From NCBI RefSeq assembly GCF_000306885.1, contig NC_018267.1:570001-602000 (forward strand): DNA of 32,000 nucleotides. The letters run 5' to 3'. The position numbers were made by a program, and so were the translations under genes. Positions 9,898 through 20,150 of this stretch are shown here, one piece after another (position 1 is the first letter of the stretch; the number at the start of each line of letters is the position of its first letter). The DNA is from Wolbachia endosymbiont of Onchocerca ochengi (GTDB lineage: Bacteria > Pseudomonadota > Alphaproteobacteria > Rickettsiales > Anaplasmataceae). Under the pieces are notes generated by a model. The model had not been told where the DNA came from, searched no databases, and saw only the letters and a list, made by a program, of their open reading frames with translations.

Positions 9898-11394
9898 TTA
9901 AAGTATAAACTTAGATAAATTAAGCTGCTTTGAAATCGATCCTAGTCTATCTTTCACATATTTGCTATCTATAACAAATTTTTCACCATTTTTCTCAGAA
10001 GAGATAAAGCTTATTTCATCTAAAAGCTTTTCCATGATGGTATGTAGCCTTCTTGCACCTATGTTTTCCACTTGCCTATTAACTGTAAACGCTATTTCAG
10101 CTATGGTTTCGATGCCGTCATCAGTAAACTCAAGCGTTACATTCTCTGTTTTCATTAGAGCTATATACTGCTTCAATAAACTAGATTCTGGTTCCTTTAA
10201 TATTTTTATTAAATCTTCTTGAGTAAGTGCTTTAAGTTCCACTCTGATTGGTAACCTTCCCTGTAATTCTGGTAAAAGATCAGATGGTTTAGATTGATGA
10301 AAAGCACCAGATGCAATAAATAATATGTAATCTGTTTTTACATGACCATACTTGGTCGAAATGGTTGTTCCTTCAAGCAGTGGTAATAAGTCACGTTGTA
10401 CTCCTTCTCTATTGACTTCACCTTTTACTTCTGTACATGCTGCAATTTTATCTATTTCATCTAAAAATACTATACCTTCATTGCTAACAAGATCAAGGGC
10501 TTCTTTGATTATCTTATCTTCATCTATTAACCTTTCACTTTCTTCATTAACCAATATTTCACGGGCTTCTTTTACTTTAACCGTAATGGTTTTTGTTTTT
10601 TTGCCCCCATTAAACATTTTACCTATTAGTTCTGTTACATTTACTATGCCGACTTGCCCGCCTGGCATACCTGGTATATCAAAAGCCGGTAACATGCTCT
10701 TGCTTTCTCTGACATCAATGGAAACTTCTCCATCTTCAAATTCCTTATTTTTAACCTTTTTTCTAAAAATCTCTTTACTCTCTTCGGTTGCATCTTCACC
10801 GACCATAGAATTAACTATTATCTTTTCAGCCAGATCTAAAGCTTTTTTAGCCAAAGCTTTGCGTGCTTTTTCTTTGACTAAAACTATTGCTGCATCAACT
10901 AGATCACGTATTATCGAGTCAACGTCACGCCCAACATATCCTATCTCAGTAAATTTTGTTGCTTCAATTTTTATAAATGGTGCACCTGCAAGCTTTGCTA
11001 GACGACGAGCCATTTCAGTTTTACCGACTCCCGTATGACCAATCATCAGTATATTTTTAGGTATGATTTCATCACGTAAAGGAATAGGAACTTTGTTACG
11101 ACGCCAACGGTTTCTGAGCGCAATAGCAACAGCACGCTTTGCATCGTTCTGTCCAATTATGAATCTATTTAGCTCTTTAACTATTTTTTGTGGTGGCAGA
11201 TCATCTAATAAAATTTGTGTACTGTTGTTAACTTGAGCACTGCTATCATTTTCATTTGAATCACAACTACTCTTAGTATCTTTACAAGGATTACTTTTTT
11301 CATTATAGGCATCCTTATTATAAGTCTGCTCTTCTGAAAGAGTCACGGATTGATTAGAGAAATTAGTGCATAAAAATTTTTGTTCAGAATACAT
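9898..11394 (-). CDS. hslU: ATP-dependent protease ATPase subunit HslU
   Basis: 498 aa ORF; [73 protein letters not shown] and [21 protein letters not shown]. About 60 residues precede the usual start of homology. Confidence 0.97.
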   Translation of the reverse strand: MYSEQKFLCTNFSNQSVTLSEEQTYNKDAYNEKSNPCKDTKSSCDSNENDSSAQVNNSTQILLDDLPPQKIVKELNRFIIGQNDAKRAVAIALRNRWRRNKVPIPLRDEIIPKNILMIGHTGVGKTEMARRLAKLAGAPFIKIEATKFTEIGYVGRDVDSIIRDLVDAAIVLVKEKARKALAKKALDLAEKIIVNSMVGEDATEESKEIFRKKVKNKEFEDGEVSIDVRESKSMLPAFDIPGMPGGQVGIVNVTELIGKMFNGGKKTKTITVKVKEAREILVNEESERLIDEDKIIKEALDLVSNEGIVFLDEIDKIAACTEVKGEVNREGVQRDLLPLLEGTTISTKYGHVKTDYILFIASGAFHQSKPSDLLPELQGRLPIRVELKALTQEDLIKILKEPESSLLKQYIALMKTENVTLEFTDDGIETIAEIAFTVNRQVENIGARRLHTIMEKLLDEISFISSEKNGEKFVIDSKYVKDRLGSISKQLNLSKFIL

Positions 11395-11395
11395 A

Positions 11396-11950
11396 CTACC
11401 CCTCTACCTTTTCAATAATTACATTATGATTTGTATAAACACATATATCAGCTGCTATCTTCATAGCTCTTTTTGCAACCTCCTCTATTGACATCCCTTT
11501 AACCTCAACTAGAGCTCTTGCTGCAGATAGAGCAAAATTCCCTCCTGAACCAATAGCTGCTATTCCATCTTCAGGTTCAAGGACGTCACCCATTCCTGTA
11601 ATCACTAATGAAATAGATTCATCTGCAACTATCATCATAGCTTCTAGCCTTCTTAAATATTTATCCATCCTCCAATCTTTCGCAAGTTCAACACACGCTC
11701 TCATTAATTGTCCTGGGTGTTTATCAAGTTTTGATTCCAATCTTTCAAAAAGAGTAAATGCATCAGCTGTTGCTCCAGCAAAACCAGCGATTACAGAATC
11801 ATCAGAAAGGCGTCTGACTTTTTTTGCTCCTGATTTTATAATGGTGTGACCCAGTGAAACCTGTCCATCACCTATTACTACTACACTTTTACCTCTTCTA
11901 ATTGATAATATAGTAGTTCCATACATTCTACTGTTGTCATGTTGAATCAT
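11396..11950 (-). CDS. hslV: ATP-dependent protease peptidase subunit HslV
   Basis: 184 aa ORF; [38 protein letters not shown] and [20 protein letters not shown]. One nucleotide separates its stop from the hslU start. Confidence 0.97.
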   Translation of the reverse strand: MIQHDNSRMYGTTILSIRRGKSVVVIGDGQVSLGHTIIKSGAKKVRRLSDDSVIAGFAGATADAFTLFERLESKLDKHPGQLMRACVELAKDWRMDKYLRRLEAMMIVADESISLVITGMGDVLEPEDGIAAIGSGGNFALSAARALVEVKGMSIEEVAKRAMKIAADICVYTNHNVIIEKVEG

Positions 11951-12057
11951 TTTTTTATAATTTTAAATAGTAATTTCATTATACTGTAACCATTAATTAA
12001 ATATGGCTTAGCTATAGCGTATAATATAGTACTTTCCTTATAACATTTAAAGTGTAG

Positions 12058-13218
12058 ATGCAAAACATAATTCATCCAAATTTGGAAAAAAATATGAATG
12101 ATTGGTTTGAGGTAAAATTTGACGATTTTGCATTGCCATTTTATAGCTCTGTCGACCTTAGAAACTCCGGTTATAAAATTGCTCCAATAGACGCTAATTT
12201 GTTCCCTGCAGGGTTCAATAATTTAAGTGAGGCATCAAAAATAATAGCGGCAAAACTGATAAAAAGGTACTTTAAAAAAAAACGATATAAAAAAACTCTT
12301 GTGATACCAGAAAACTATACACGAAATAAAATGTATATAGAAAACGTATTTGCTATAGAAAAGATACTACGACTAGCAGGTTTCGAAACTAAAATTGGTC
12401 TCCTTCATGATGAAGCCTATAATTTAATAGGACCGTATGAAGCTATTGTGAAAGATAACTCTCTATTGAAGACAACCTCAGGATTCGTGCCCGATGTTGT
12501 TGTATTGAATCGGGATATGACAAGCCATATTCCAGACGTATTAGAAAACGTAAAGCAGGAAACAGTACCGAGTCCACTATATGGTTGGCACAGTAGACAG
12601 AAATTTCGATACTTTGAAATCTATCAAAAATTGGTGTCCGAATTTTGCGGCGAATTTAAAATAGACCCCTGGCTTATTTCTGTATTTACAGAGAGCTGTA
12701 AAGGGGTCTATTTTGATGATGCTTTATCGCTGGAAACAGTGGCAGCCAAAGTTGATCAAGTGTTGTCTCTAGTGCAAAAAAAATATGAGGAATATAAAAT
12801 AAAAACTCAACCTTATGTTTTTATTAAAGCAAACAATGGAACATACGGAATGGGTATTATAACAGCAATAAGTGGAGAGGAAATATTAACTCTCAATAAA
12901 AAAAAGCGTCATAAAATGAAAAAAATAAAGGAAGGTGTAGAAATCAATAGCGTTATTATACAGGAAGGTATACCAACCATAGATATACTCGAACATAGTC
13001 CTGCAGAGCCACTAATATATTATATAGGAAATACACCAACATGCTATTTATATCGGTGTAATAGTAGAAAAAATATATATTCTAGCTTAAATTCCACTGA
13101 TTGTGAATTTCATGACATTAGCCAAATTGTAGAAAATAAAACCTTACTACTCTGGAATATGGTTGGCAAATTAGCAGTGCTAGCATTGTCAGTAGAGATG
13201 AGGTCTTTTCATATTTAG
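12058..13218 (+). CDS. gshA: Glutamate--cysteine ligase-like protein (ATP-grasp type GshA)
   Basis: 386 aa ORF; KTLVIPENYTRNKMYIENVFAI, VVLNRDMTSHIPDVLENVKQETVPSPLYGWHSRQKFRYF and PYVFIKANNGTYGMGI (ATP-grasp-like), consistent with the proteobacterial ATP-grasp GshA family. Assigned from recall of the family. Confidence 0.65.
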   Translation: MQNIIHPNLEKNMNDWFEVKFDDFALPFYSSVDLRNSGYKIAPIDANLFPAGFNNLSEASKIIAAKLIKRYFKKKRYKKTLVIPENYTRNKMYIENVFAIEKILRLAGFETKIGLLHDEAYNLIGPYEAIVKDNSLLKTTSGFVPDVVVLNRDMTSHIPDVLENVKQETVPSPLYGWHSRQKFRYFEIYQKLVSEFCGEFKIDPWLISVFTESCKGVYFDDALSLETVAAKVDQVLSLVQKKYEEYKIKTQPYVFIKANNGTYGMGIITAISGEEILTLNKKKRHKMKKIKEGVEINSVIIQEGIPTIDILEHSPAEPLIYYIGNTPTCYLYRCNSRKNIYSSLNSTDCEFHDISQIVENKTLLLWNMVGKLAVLALSVEMRSFHI

Positions 13219-13228
13219 TTTTTTACCT

Positions 13229-14071
13229 TTATATAGAGTGGCCATTTGGTAAATTGCTACCTTGCTGAATATGGTAATCCCTGTCAAGTTCAGTGGAAAG
13301 ATTATCATTGATAGGCTGATTAAGCAATTTGTCAAGCCAGACTAATAGTAATACTGTGCTGCATATTATACTAACTGTTACACTTAAGTTGAAGCTATAA
13401 ACTACACCATTACCTAAGTTTATCGGTGTAGTTGCAGTATCCACCCTTTTAAATATGAAATTTAATAATCCTAGTGATAAAGTTAATGTATTAATAGTAA
13501 GATCCTTCTTACACTTAGTAAGCTCTTTCTTGCATTTAATAAATTCACTAGTACCTTTTTTATCCTGATATTTTTTATGTGCCTCTTGATATTTTTTGTA
13601 TATATAATAGCAGCCTACTGGTTCTGAAGTAAATAAGAATAGGGCTGTTGATATTAATTGAATACGACTTATTGCATTCGTATTACCTTTAGTTAAGAAA
13701 TGGAAAACTTGTAACATTATTAACACTTCTATGGCGTTACTTGAAAGACTAGCTAATTTGCCTACTATTTTTAATAGTTCTTTTTTACTATTATGATTCC
13801 TGTAATCCTTGATTAGATCGCGTAAAGTAAGTGTAGAATGAACAATCAATAGAATGAATGTTGGAAATTTTACCCATTGAGCAATCTCACGTATAAGGAG
13901 GATGTTTGACCTATTATTATCAATAAATTCGCAACAAAATTGTAGTGAAACCTTACATAACAAGGCTGTTAAACCTGTTGTGATACAAATTACCTTTTTG
14001 ATATCATGATTGTAAGCATCATGTACCTTTTGTGCAAACGTGTTTGGTTTCTTTTTTAGCTCATTTAGCAT
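13229..14071 (-). CDS. Hypothetical integral membrane protein
   Basis: 280 aa ORF with several hydrophobic segments (FILLIVHSTLTLRDLI, IEVLIMLQVFHFL, VSIICSTVLLLVWLD). Confidence 0.6.
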   Translation of the reverse strand: MLNELKKKPNTFAQKVHDAYNHDIKKVICITTGLTALLCKVSLQFCCEFIDNNRSNILLIREIAQWVKFPTFILLIVHSTLTLRDLIKDYRNHNSKKELLKIVGKLASLSSNAIEVLIMLQVFHFLTKGNTNAISRIQLISTALFLFTSEPVGCYYIYKKYQEAHKKYQDKKGTSEFIKCKKELTKCKKDLTINTLTLSLGLLNFIFKRVDTATTPINLGNGVVYSFNLSVTVSIICSTVLLLVWLDKLLNQPINDNLSTELDRDYHIQQGSNLPNGHSI

Positions 14072-14146
14072 AATAGCTAATGAAATAACAGTTTTTTGTT
14101 ATTCTATCACAAAAATCTCAAAAAGAAAGTGCTGTGAATCAGGACT

Positions 14147-15169
14147 TTAATAATGGCTTTTACATAAATCAGCCAAACATTTAATAAATAAGGAATCAGT
14201 ACTGAGAGTTGGTACGCGAAAATAATATCCGCTTTTAATTATTGCTTTATGTTCCGTATCAAGTTCAACAAGCGTTTCTGAATGCTCAGAAACAAAAGAT
14301 ATAGGCGATAAAACCACAGGTACACTATCAGCTTTTGCACGCAATAGTTCACTTTCTATGCTAGGCTCCAGCCATTTTACAGGTCCAATTTTGCTCTGGT
14401 AACATATCGCCCAATCAAGGTCTTTAATATTTAATCTTTTTACTATTAATTTTACTGTTTCTTCTATTTGTAAAGCATAAGGGTCGCCTTTTTTAATAAC
14501 ACTCAGAGGTAAACTATGGGCCGAGAATAGAATTCTTGGCTTATCAATTCTGCTAGCTAACTTGTAATACTTGGCTACCAAGCGGGTATGAGCTTCAATA
14601 AAGTCTTGATTATCGTAATAATGGTAGATTGTTTTTGTACTACATTTTAAACCATGTTTTTTAGCACTTTTTTGCCAATTTTCGATGGATGACAAAGTTG
14701 TAGTAGTTGAATATTGAGGATATAGAGGCAGTAGAATTACTTCATCAGGATTAAACTGCTTTACACTTTTAACAACTTCATCAGCAAATGGGTGCCAATA
14801 ACGCACACAGATGAATACTTTGGCAAGCTTTGGTGTCATTTCATCACATGATGATGAAATCAGGTGCTTTTTTCTAGATTCTAGTATCGTGCTACTTGGA
14901 TGACAAAATACAGCTTTGTTAAGCTCCTGCTCAAGCGCTTTAGCTTGCATTCTTGTATTCTCCAAGATTGGTGATCTGCCTCCAATTTGCTTATATATTT
15001 TTTGTGCAGTATTTTCTCGTTTTGCAGATATAAACTTTGCTAAAAGAAATCGAAAAGGATTTGGTAGATTTATTATTCTTCTATCATAAAAGAGATTAAA
15101 CAAAAAAGGACGGACCGCACTGAGTGAATCAGGTCCGCCAAGATTAAATAAGATAATTGCCTTCTTCAC
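14147..15169 (-). CDS. hemH: Ferrochelatase
   Basis: 340 aa ORF with GTG start; [65 protein letters not shown] and [16 protein letters not shown]. Confidence 0.97.
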   Translation of the reverse strand: MKKAIILFNLGGPDSLSAVRPFLFNLFYDRRIINLPNPFRFLLAKFISAKRENTAQKIYKQIGGRSPILENTRMQAKALEQELNKAVFCHPSSTILESRKKHLISSSCDEMTPKLAKVFICVRYWHPFADEVVKSVKQFNPDEVILLPLYPQYSTTTTLSSIENWQKSAKKHGLKCSTKTIYHYYDNQDFIEAHTRLVAKYYKLASRIDKPRILFSAHSLPLSVIKKGDPYALQIEETVKLIVKRLNIKDLDWAICYQSKIGPVKWLEPSIESELLRAKADSVPVVLSPISFVSEHSETLVELDTEHKAIIKSGYYFRVPTLSTDSLFIKCLADLCKSHY

Positions 15170-15388
15170 TTATGTATTACAACAAGTTGCTTTTGAGATG
15201 CCTATACGTTTAGCTATGAGTTCATTAAGTCTAGATATAGCTACTAAATTTCTCATACTAGCATACAATAAGTGACCAGACCTCTGTAGATTACTTCCTG
15301 TAGATGCAAAAGAACTTTCACCGAAACTCAAATCAACGCAAAAACTTGATTTTGCTTCAAGAAGTTTAACAGTAGCTAAAAATAACAT
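15170..15388 (-). CDS. Short hypothetical ORF abutting hemH, possibly the frameshifted C-terminal part of the upstream ORF
   Basis: 72 aa ORF that overlaps the end of 15376..15882 by 13 bp and ends one base before the hemH GTG start. No recognised homology. Confidence 0.3.
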   Translation of the reverse strand: MLFLATVKLLEAKSSFCVDLSFGESSFASTGSNLQRSGHLLYASMRNLVAISRLNELIAKRIGISKATCCNT

Positions 15389-15882
15389 AATGTAACTTTG
15401 TATTTTCTACTTTGATTAGAAATTGGAAACCTTATAGTACCTTTCTTAAATTCTGCGTCTATTATTTCTTTACTGTAATCAGTAATTTTTTCTAATAACC
15501 ACTCACGTACATGAAAGCTTTTTACAAAAAAGCATGCTCCTGTCATCAACATAGCACATATAAGTGCACACTTTATAGTGTTTATATTGTCTATCATAGC
15601 TGGCGGTGCAAAACAAATAAGCGGTACTATGGTTGTCATTTCAAGAGATGGAATAATGTTTTTTTTTATTATGAAAGCAGCATCTTTTTGTAATTTTGTA
15701 TTGTGATGTGAGCCATACTCCAAATAACTTAAAAAAGCCAAGCTGAAAGTTAAAAATCCTTTTGTAGCACAAAAAATCGATAACTTTAAGTTATTAACTA
15801 ATTCTTTAGTAGTAAGTCCAGTTTTAACTGGTTGTTTATAAGTGGACTCGTCTTGTTTGTTGATATAACGGCATTTACCCAT
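15376..15882 (-). CDS. Hypothetical membrane protein
   Basis: 168 aa ORF with at least two hydrophobic segments (KGFLTFSLAFLSYL, CALICAMLMTGACFF). No recognised family. It may continue into the 15170..15388 ORF after a frameshift. Confidence 0.45.
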   Translation of the reverse strand: MGKCRYINKQDESTYKQPVKTGLTTKELVNNLKLSIFCATKGFLTFSLAFLSYLEYGSHHNTKLQKDAAFIIKKNIIPSLEMTTIVPLICFAPPAMIDNINTIKCALICAMLMTGACFFVKSFHVREWLLEKITDYSKEIIDAEFKKGTIRFPISNQSRKYKVTLCYF

Positions 15883-15952
15883 ATAATAAATACTATCTTT
15901 GGTAGCTTATTTTTAACTATAAATAAAAAACTAACTTGATAAAATAAAAAAT

Positions 15953-15981
15953 TTGTAATAAAATAAATCTATAAATATAAT
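15953..15981 (+). promoter_or_regulatory. Candidate sigma70-type promoter for ndk
   Basis: TTGTAA (15953-15958), 17-nt spacer, TATAAT (15976-15981). A Shine-Dalgarno-like AAGGAAG follows at 15991-15997, just before the ATG at 16002. Very AT-rich context lowers specificity. Confidence 0.45.
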
Positions 15982-16001
15982 ATCCTATACAAGGAAGTAA
16001 T

Positions 16002-16421
16002 ATGGCAATTGAAAGAACGCTCTCGATATTAAAACCTGATGCAGTAAGAAATAACATTACAGGTAATATAAATTCCTATATCGAAAAATCTGGGCTGAAA
16101 ATTATAGCACAAAAAATGATGTTGTTGACAAGAAGGCAGGCAGAGCTGCTCTATGAAATTCATAAAGATAGACCTTTTTTTGAGGAGTTAGTGGAATTTA
16201 TGACTTCTGATCCTGTAATAGTTCAGGTTTTAGTAGGTGAAAACGCAGTAAGTAAATATAGGCAAATCATGGGAGCTACAGATCCAAAACGTGCAGATAA
16301 AGGTACAATCAGAGGTGATTTTGCTGATAATATTAGTGAAAACAGGGTTCATGGTTCAGATAGTCCAGAAAATACTCGTAGGGAAATAGCTTTCTTTTTT
16401 GCTGAATGTGAGTTAGTGTAG
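16002..16421 (+). CDS. ndk: Nucleoside diphosphate kinase
   Basis: 139 aa ORF; [35 protein letters not shown] and [21 protein letters not shown], with the active-site His in VHGSDS. Confidence 0.98.
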   Translation: MAIERTLSILKPDAVRNNITGNINSYIEKSGLKIIAQKMMLLTRRQAELLYEIHKDRPFFEELVEFMTSDPVIVQVLVGENAVSKYRQIMGATDPKRADKGTIRGDFADNISENRVHGSDSPENTRREIAFFFAECELV

Positions 16422-16748
16422 CTTTAAAGTTAACTGAAAATAAATACATAGCCGCTTTATTCTATAATCTTATTTATTCAGGAAAGTGACAAAATAAGGT
16501 GGATTAGGTAATGCAAAAAGATAACCGTAGAGTGGAAATGAGTTTATAACAAATACAGATGATTTTTTATCCTAATATCAACTATGCGACATTCTTGTAT
16601 TGTGTTAAAAGTATTTAATCAACTGTGTTTTAATCTTAAGCATTAGATTGAGAAGGGAGAGAAACTTTGAATAATATCACTTTTAATTTAATGTTTGTGC
16701 ATCAACCACACTTCTGAATAGATACCGTAATTTTTACTAAAAGTAGCA

Positions 16749-17633
16749 TTATTCAACAAAACAAGATTTAAAGCTTTGTGTGATGCTATTGATTATGGTT
16801 AAATATGCGTCTTTTCCAGGTTTTATATTTGACCCAATAGGGTCTAAAATTGCTGTTTTTGCATCACTGGAAAGAGCTTTAGGCTTTATACTATCTTTTT
16901 GTGAAGGAGAAAATATACATTTAATGTTTTCTTTCTTCATTATTTTCTTTAGTTTCATTAAACTTCTCATGCCTATATAAGTATCTTCTTCTACAGATAG
17001 AATGACACTTGGGTGACTTAAGCTAAAATGTTTTTCAAAATATTGATAAGCGTCATGAGTAACTATGTATTTTTTGTTTTTAAAGTTACTCAATTCGCTT
17101 GCAATTTTCTCTGTTTCCTGTTCTATTCTTTTTACGGTTTTTATTGCATTATGGTTATATCGATGGGCATTCTTCTTATCTATGTTAGATAATGTTGCAC
17201 TTATAGAGAATATCATATTTTTTGCATTTTCTGGACTAAGCCAGATATGTAGGTCTTTTTCGTCTTGAATACGAGTGACATGCCTGGAGAATGAATGTGG
17301 TCGAATAGAAAGTAGACTAACTGCCTTTGATAACTGTACAAGTTTCTTATTGTTTTTAGCAAAGGTCTTAACGAATGTTTCTAGATTATCATCAATATAA
17401 AATATAACATTACCTGATTCCAAATTACTTGCGTCAGATGGTTTCAATATGTAATCATGTGTAGAAGTTGTTATATAGTCTAGTAAGACTGGTTCTAAAA
17501 TTCTGTCTGTAACAGAAGCTACAAGCGAGTGTACAGGTTTTATTGTGGCTATAACTTTTAAAGTGGATGAAAAGACAGTACTGTGGTATAGTGTAAGCAA
17601 AAGTAATAGAAAAGAAGCTAGTAAATGTCTCAT
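16749..17633 (-). CDS. znuA: Zinc/metal ABC transporter substrate-binding protein (ZnuA-like)
   Basis: 294 aa ORF; signal peptide MRHLLASFLLLLLTLYHSTVFSS, then VIATIKPVHSLVASVTD, DLHIWLSPENAK, YIVTHDAYQYFEKHF and LDPIGSNI. Confidence 0.85.
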   Translation of the reverse strand: MRHLLASFLLLLLTLYHSTVFSSTLKVIATIKPVHSLVASVTDRILEPVLLDYITTSTHDYILKPSDASNLESGNVIFYIDDNLETFVKTFAKNNKKLVQLSKAVSLLSIRPHSFSRHVTRIQDEKDLHIWLSPENAKNMIFSISATLSNIDKKNAHRYNHNAIKTVKRIEQETEKIASELSNFKNKKYIVTHDAYQYFEKHFSLSHPSVILSVEEDTYIGMRSLMKLKKIMKKENIKCIFSPSQKDSIKPKALSSDAKTAILDPIGSNIKPGKDAYLTIINSITQSFKSCFVE

Positions 17634-18365
17634 GAAAACATTGAGAAAGAGTTAAGTCTTGTCAAAAAGTTAAATAATGTCAATAGTAGTGTTCTAAAAA
17701 TAGAGAACCTTACTCTTGCATATAATAATAAGAAAATTCTTGATGATATCAACTTATCAATGAAAAAAGGGGATGTAGTTACTATACTTGGTCCAAATGG
17801 TGGAGGTAAAACCTCCTTAGTAAAGGTGGTTGCTGGTATAAATAAGAACTATACTGGTAGTATTATATTTGCTGATGATATGAGAATTAGTTATATGCCA
17901 CAAAATTTTAGTATTAGCAGTTTGATGCCGATAACAGTTGAATATCTTCTTTTAAATAGCTTTTCAAAAAGATTAGAGAAGAATCAATCGATTATTACAG
18001 AGGTGGTGAGATTAGTTGGTATTAGTAATATTTTGAAAAGGCAGGTGTTGGAAATTTCTGCGGGGCAGACACAATTATTGTTACTTGCGCGCTGCTTAAT
18101 TGCAGAACCTGACTTGATTATCTTGGATGAACCAGTTAGCGCAATGGATATTAATGCTCGAACTAAATTTTATAATATAATAGGTGAAATAGCAAAAAAA
18201 AGATTAATTTCGATTCTCATGACATCTCACGATTTAAGCTCCATAGTGCCATGTTCAGATTACATTATCTATATAAATCATATTATATATTGCCAAGGTA
18301 AACCTGAAGAAATCATGAAGAATAAGACTTTAAGCGAGATATTTAGCAGTCATATAACAAAATGA
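17625..18365 (+). CDS. znuC: Zinc ABC transporter ATP-binding protein (ZnuC-like)
   Basis: 246 aa ORF; Walker A GPNGGGKTSL, QNFSISSLMPITV, LEISAGQTQLLLLARCLIAEPDLIILDEPVSAMD and MTSHDLSS. Confidence 0.85.
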   Translation: MSHENIEKELSLVKKLNNVNSSVLKIENLTLAYNNKKILDDINLSMKKGDVVTILGPNGGGKTSLVKVVAGINKNYTGSIIFADDMRISYMPQNFSISSLMPITVEYLLLNSFSKRLEKNQSIITEVVRLVGISNILKRQVLEISAGQTQLLLLARCLIAEPDLIILDEPVSAMDINARTKFYNIIGEIAKKRLISILMTSHDLSSIVPCSDYIIYINHIIYCQGKPEEIMKNKTLSEIFSSHITK

Positions 18366-19792
18366 TTCGAAGTGTTCTGCGCCTTTTGTATATAACTGCA
18401 GTGTTAACTCGTTATAGCATATTGTATCGTTTACTCTTTCCTTCAAAGGAGTCAATAAATAAAATACGTGGCTATAAATTAAAATGTGCTCTTGAAAAGT
18501 TAGGTCCAGTATTTATTAAATTTGGGCAGTCTATTTCATCACGTACTGATATTTTAAATGAAGATATAACAGACAACTTATTGTTAATATGTGATAAATT
18601 ACCGTCTTTCTCCTATAAGATAGCAGTTAGAACGATAGAGAGCGAATTTAATTGTAAGTTAAGCGATATTTTTTTAAGCTTTTCTGAAGAGCCAATTGCA
18701 GCAGCATCAATTTCTCAAGTACATAAAGCAACTACAACAGAAGGTAAAAAAGTTGCGGTCAAAGTCTTAAGGCCAGATATTGAGAAGATATTCTCAAAGG
18801 ATATAAAAATGCTTTTTTGGCTTGCAGGGATTATAGAAGGATTTAGTGAGCAATCAAAGAGACTAAAACCTATTGAATTAGTTAAAACTTTTGCTGAAGT
18901 TTGCCGATTAGAGCTAGATCTACGTTTTGAGGCTGCTTATTCTTCAGAACTGAGAGAAAATACAAGAAATGATAAAGGTTTTTATGTACCTGAAGTAGAT
19001 TGGAGTAGGACTTCAAGGAAAGTTTTGACATCAGAATGGATAGAAGCAACACCAATATACGAAGTTGAAAAACTAAATAATCGTAAGCAGATAGCTATCA
19101 ATCTTATAGAATCATTTTGCAATCAAGTATACAGAGATTGCTTCTTTCATGCGGATATGCATCCTGGAAACTTAATGATTGATATTAACAATAATATTAT
19201 TGCTCTAGATTGTGGAATTATGGGCCGAATAGACCGCGAGACGTGCTACTGTGTGGTAGAGATACTGAAAGGTTTTTTAAGTCGGAATTATGATCACGTT
19301 GCAAAGGCACACTTTAGAGCTGGTTATGTTTCACCACAGCACAAAAATTTTGTTACAGCGTGCAGAGCAATAGGTGAACCTATTATAGGGCAGCCTATAC
19401 AGAAAATTTCTTTTGCTGATTTACTTGCCAAATTATTTAAAATAACTAGTGATTTTGATATGAAAGTTCAAACACAATTGCTAATGCTGCAAAAAACTAT
19501 GATTTTGTTAGAGGGAACTTGCAGAAAAATCTATCCAAAAATCAATATGTGGAAAGTAGTTGAAGCATGGATGAAGAATCAACATAAAGATAAAATGGAC
19601 TATAAAGAAAAAATAAAAAGCTCTTGTCTTGTAAAAGCAATTCAAGAAATATTTAGTCTTATAGAGAAATTAAACCTAATAGCTGACCAAAAGCTAGAGA
19701 ATATTCAAGTTAAGATTAAGTCAAATGTAAAAAATTACTTTTTATTGTGGTCTATAATTATAGCATTAACCATTAAGCTTTTAATTTTTTGA
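18362..19792 (+). CDS. ubiB: UbiB/ABC1-family protein (2-polyprenylphenol 6-hydroxylase accessory/kinase-like)
   Basis: 476 aa ORF; LGPVFIKFGQSISSRTDIL, PIAAASISQVHKATTTEGKKVAVKVLRPDI, FFHADMHPGNLMIDINNNIIALDCGIMG. ATGA overlap with the end of znuC. Confidence 0.93.
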   Translation: MIRSVLRLLYITAVLTRYSILYRLLFPSKESINKIRGYKLKCALEKLGPVFIKFGQSISSRTDILNEDITDNLLLICDKLPSFSYKIAVRTIESEFNCKLSDIFLSFSEEPIAAASISQVHKATTTEGKKVAVKVLRPDIEKIFSKDIKMLFWLAGIIEGFSEQSKRLKPIELVKTFAEVCRLELDLRFEAAYSSELRENTRNDKGFYVPEVDWSRTSRKVLTSEWIEATPIYEVEKLNNRKQIAINLIESFCNQVYRDCFFHADMHPGNLMIDINNNIIALDCGIMGRIDRETCYCVVEILKGFLSRNYDHVAKAHFRAGYVSPQHKNFVTACRAIGEPIIGQPIQKISFADLLAKLFKITSDFDMKVQTQLLMLQKTMILLEGTCRKIYPKINMWKVVEAWMKNQHKDKMDYKEKIKSSCLVKAIQEIFSLIEKLNLIADQKLENIQVKIKSNVKNYFLLWSIIIALTIKLLIF

Positions 19793-20150
19793 TAACAACT
19801 TTTCACATAACTGCTTCTTGTATAGAAAACATTAGTACTTCTTGATATCGTTTGAGTGTCTTTTTTCCTATCATCCAAGTAGTAGATACAGGGATTCAGA
19901 AAGAAAAAGAGATATAGATTCTAGTATCACGTGCTGAAGTAGCACCCATTACTTTAGATAATTTATCAAGTTGTTTCATTTTAGACCTTAGAAGTAGTTT
20001 CTATAATAAAGACACCAACTATACAGTGCTTTTGTTATTTAACTTGTATAGATTGAAGATAAATAAGAACTTCAATATTATATAGTAAGAAGTTGATAAG
20101 ATTTGTTAAGTGTTTTTCCGTTTTTGTCAAATTACATATCAAAAATAAGA

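Noticed and set aside
9962-11038. Plus-strand ORFs of 86 and 228 aa
   Set aside because: Antisense to hslU. The 228-aa frame is a mirror of conserved HslU codons.
15511-15693. 60-aa plus-strand ORF
   Set aside because: Antisense to the 15376..15882 ORF, with no recognisable features.
16780-17268. Plus-strand ORFs of 66 and 67 aa
   Set aside because: Antisense to znuA.
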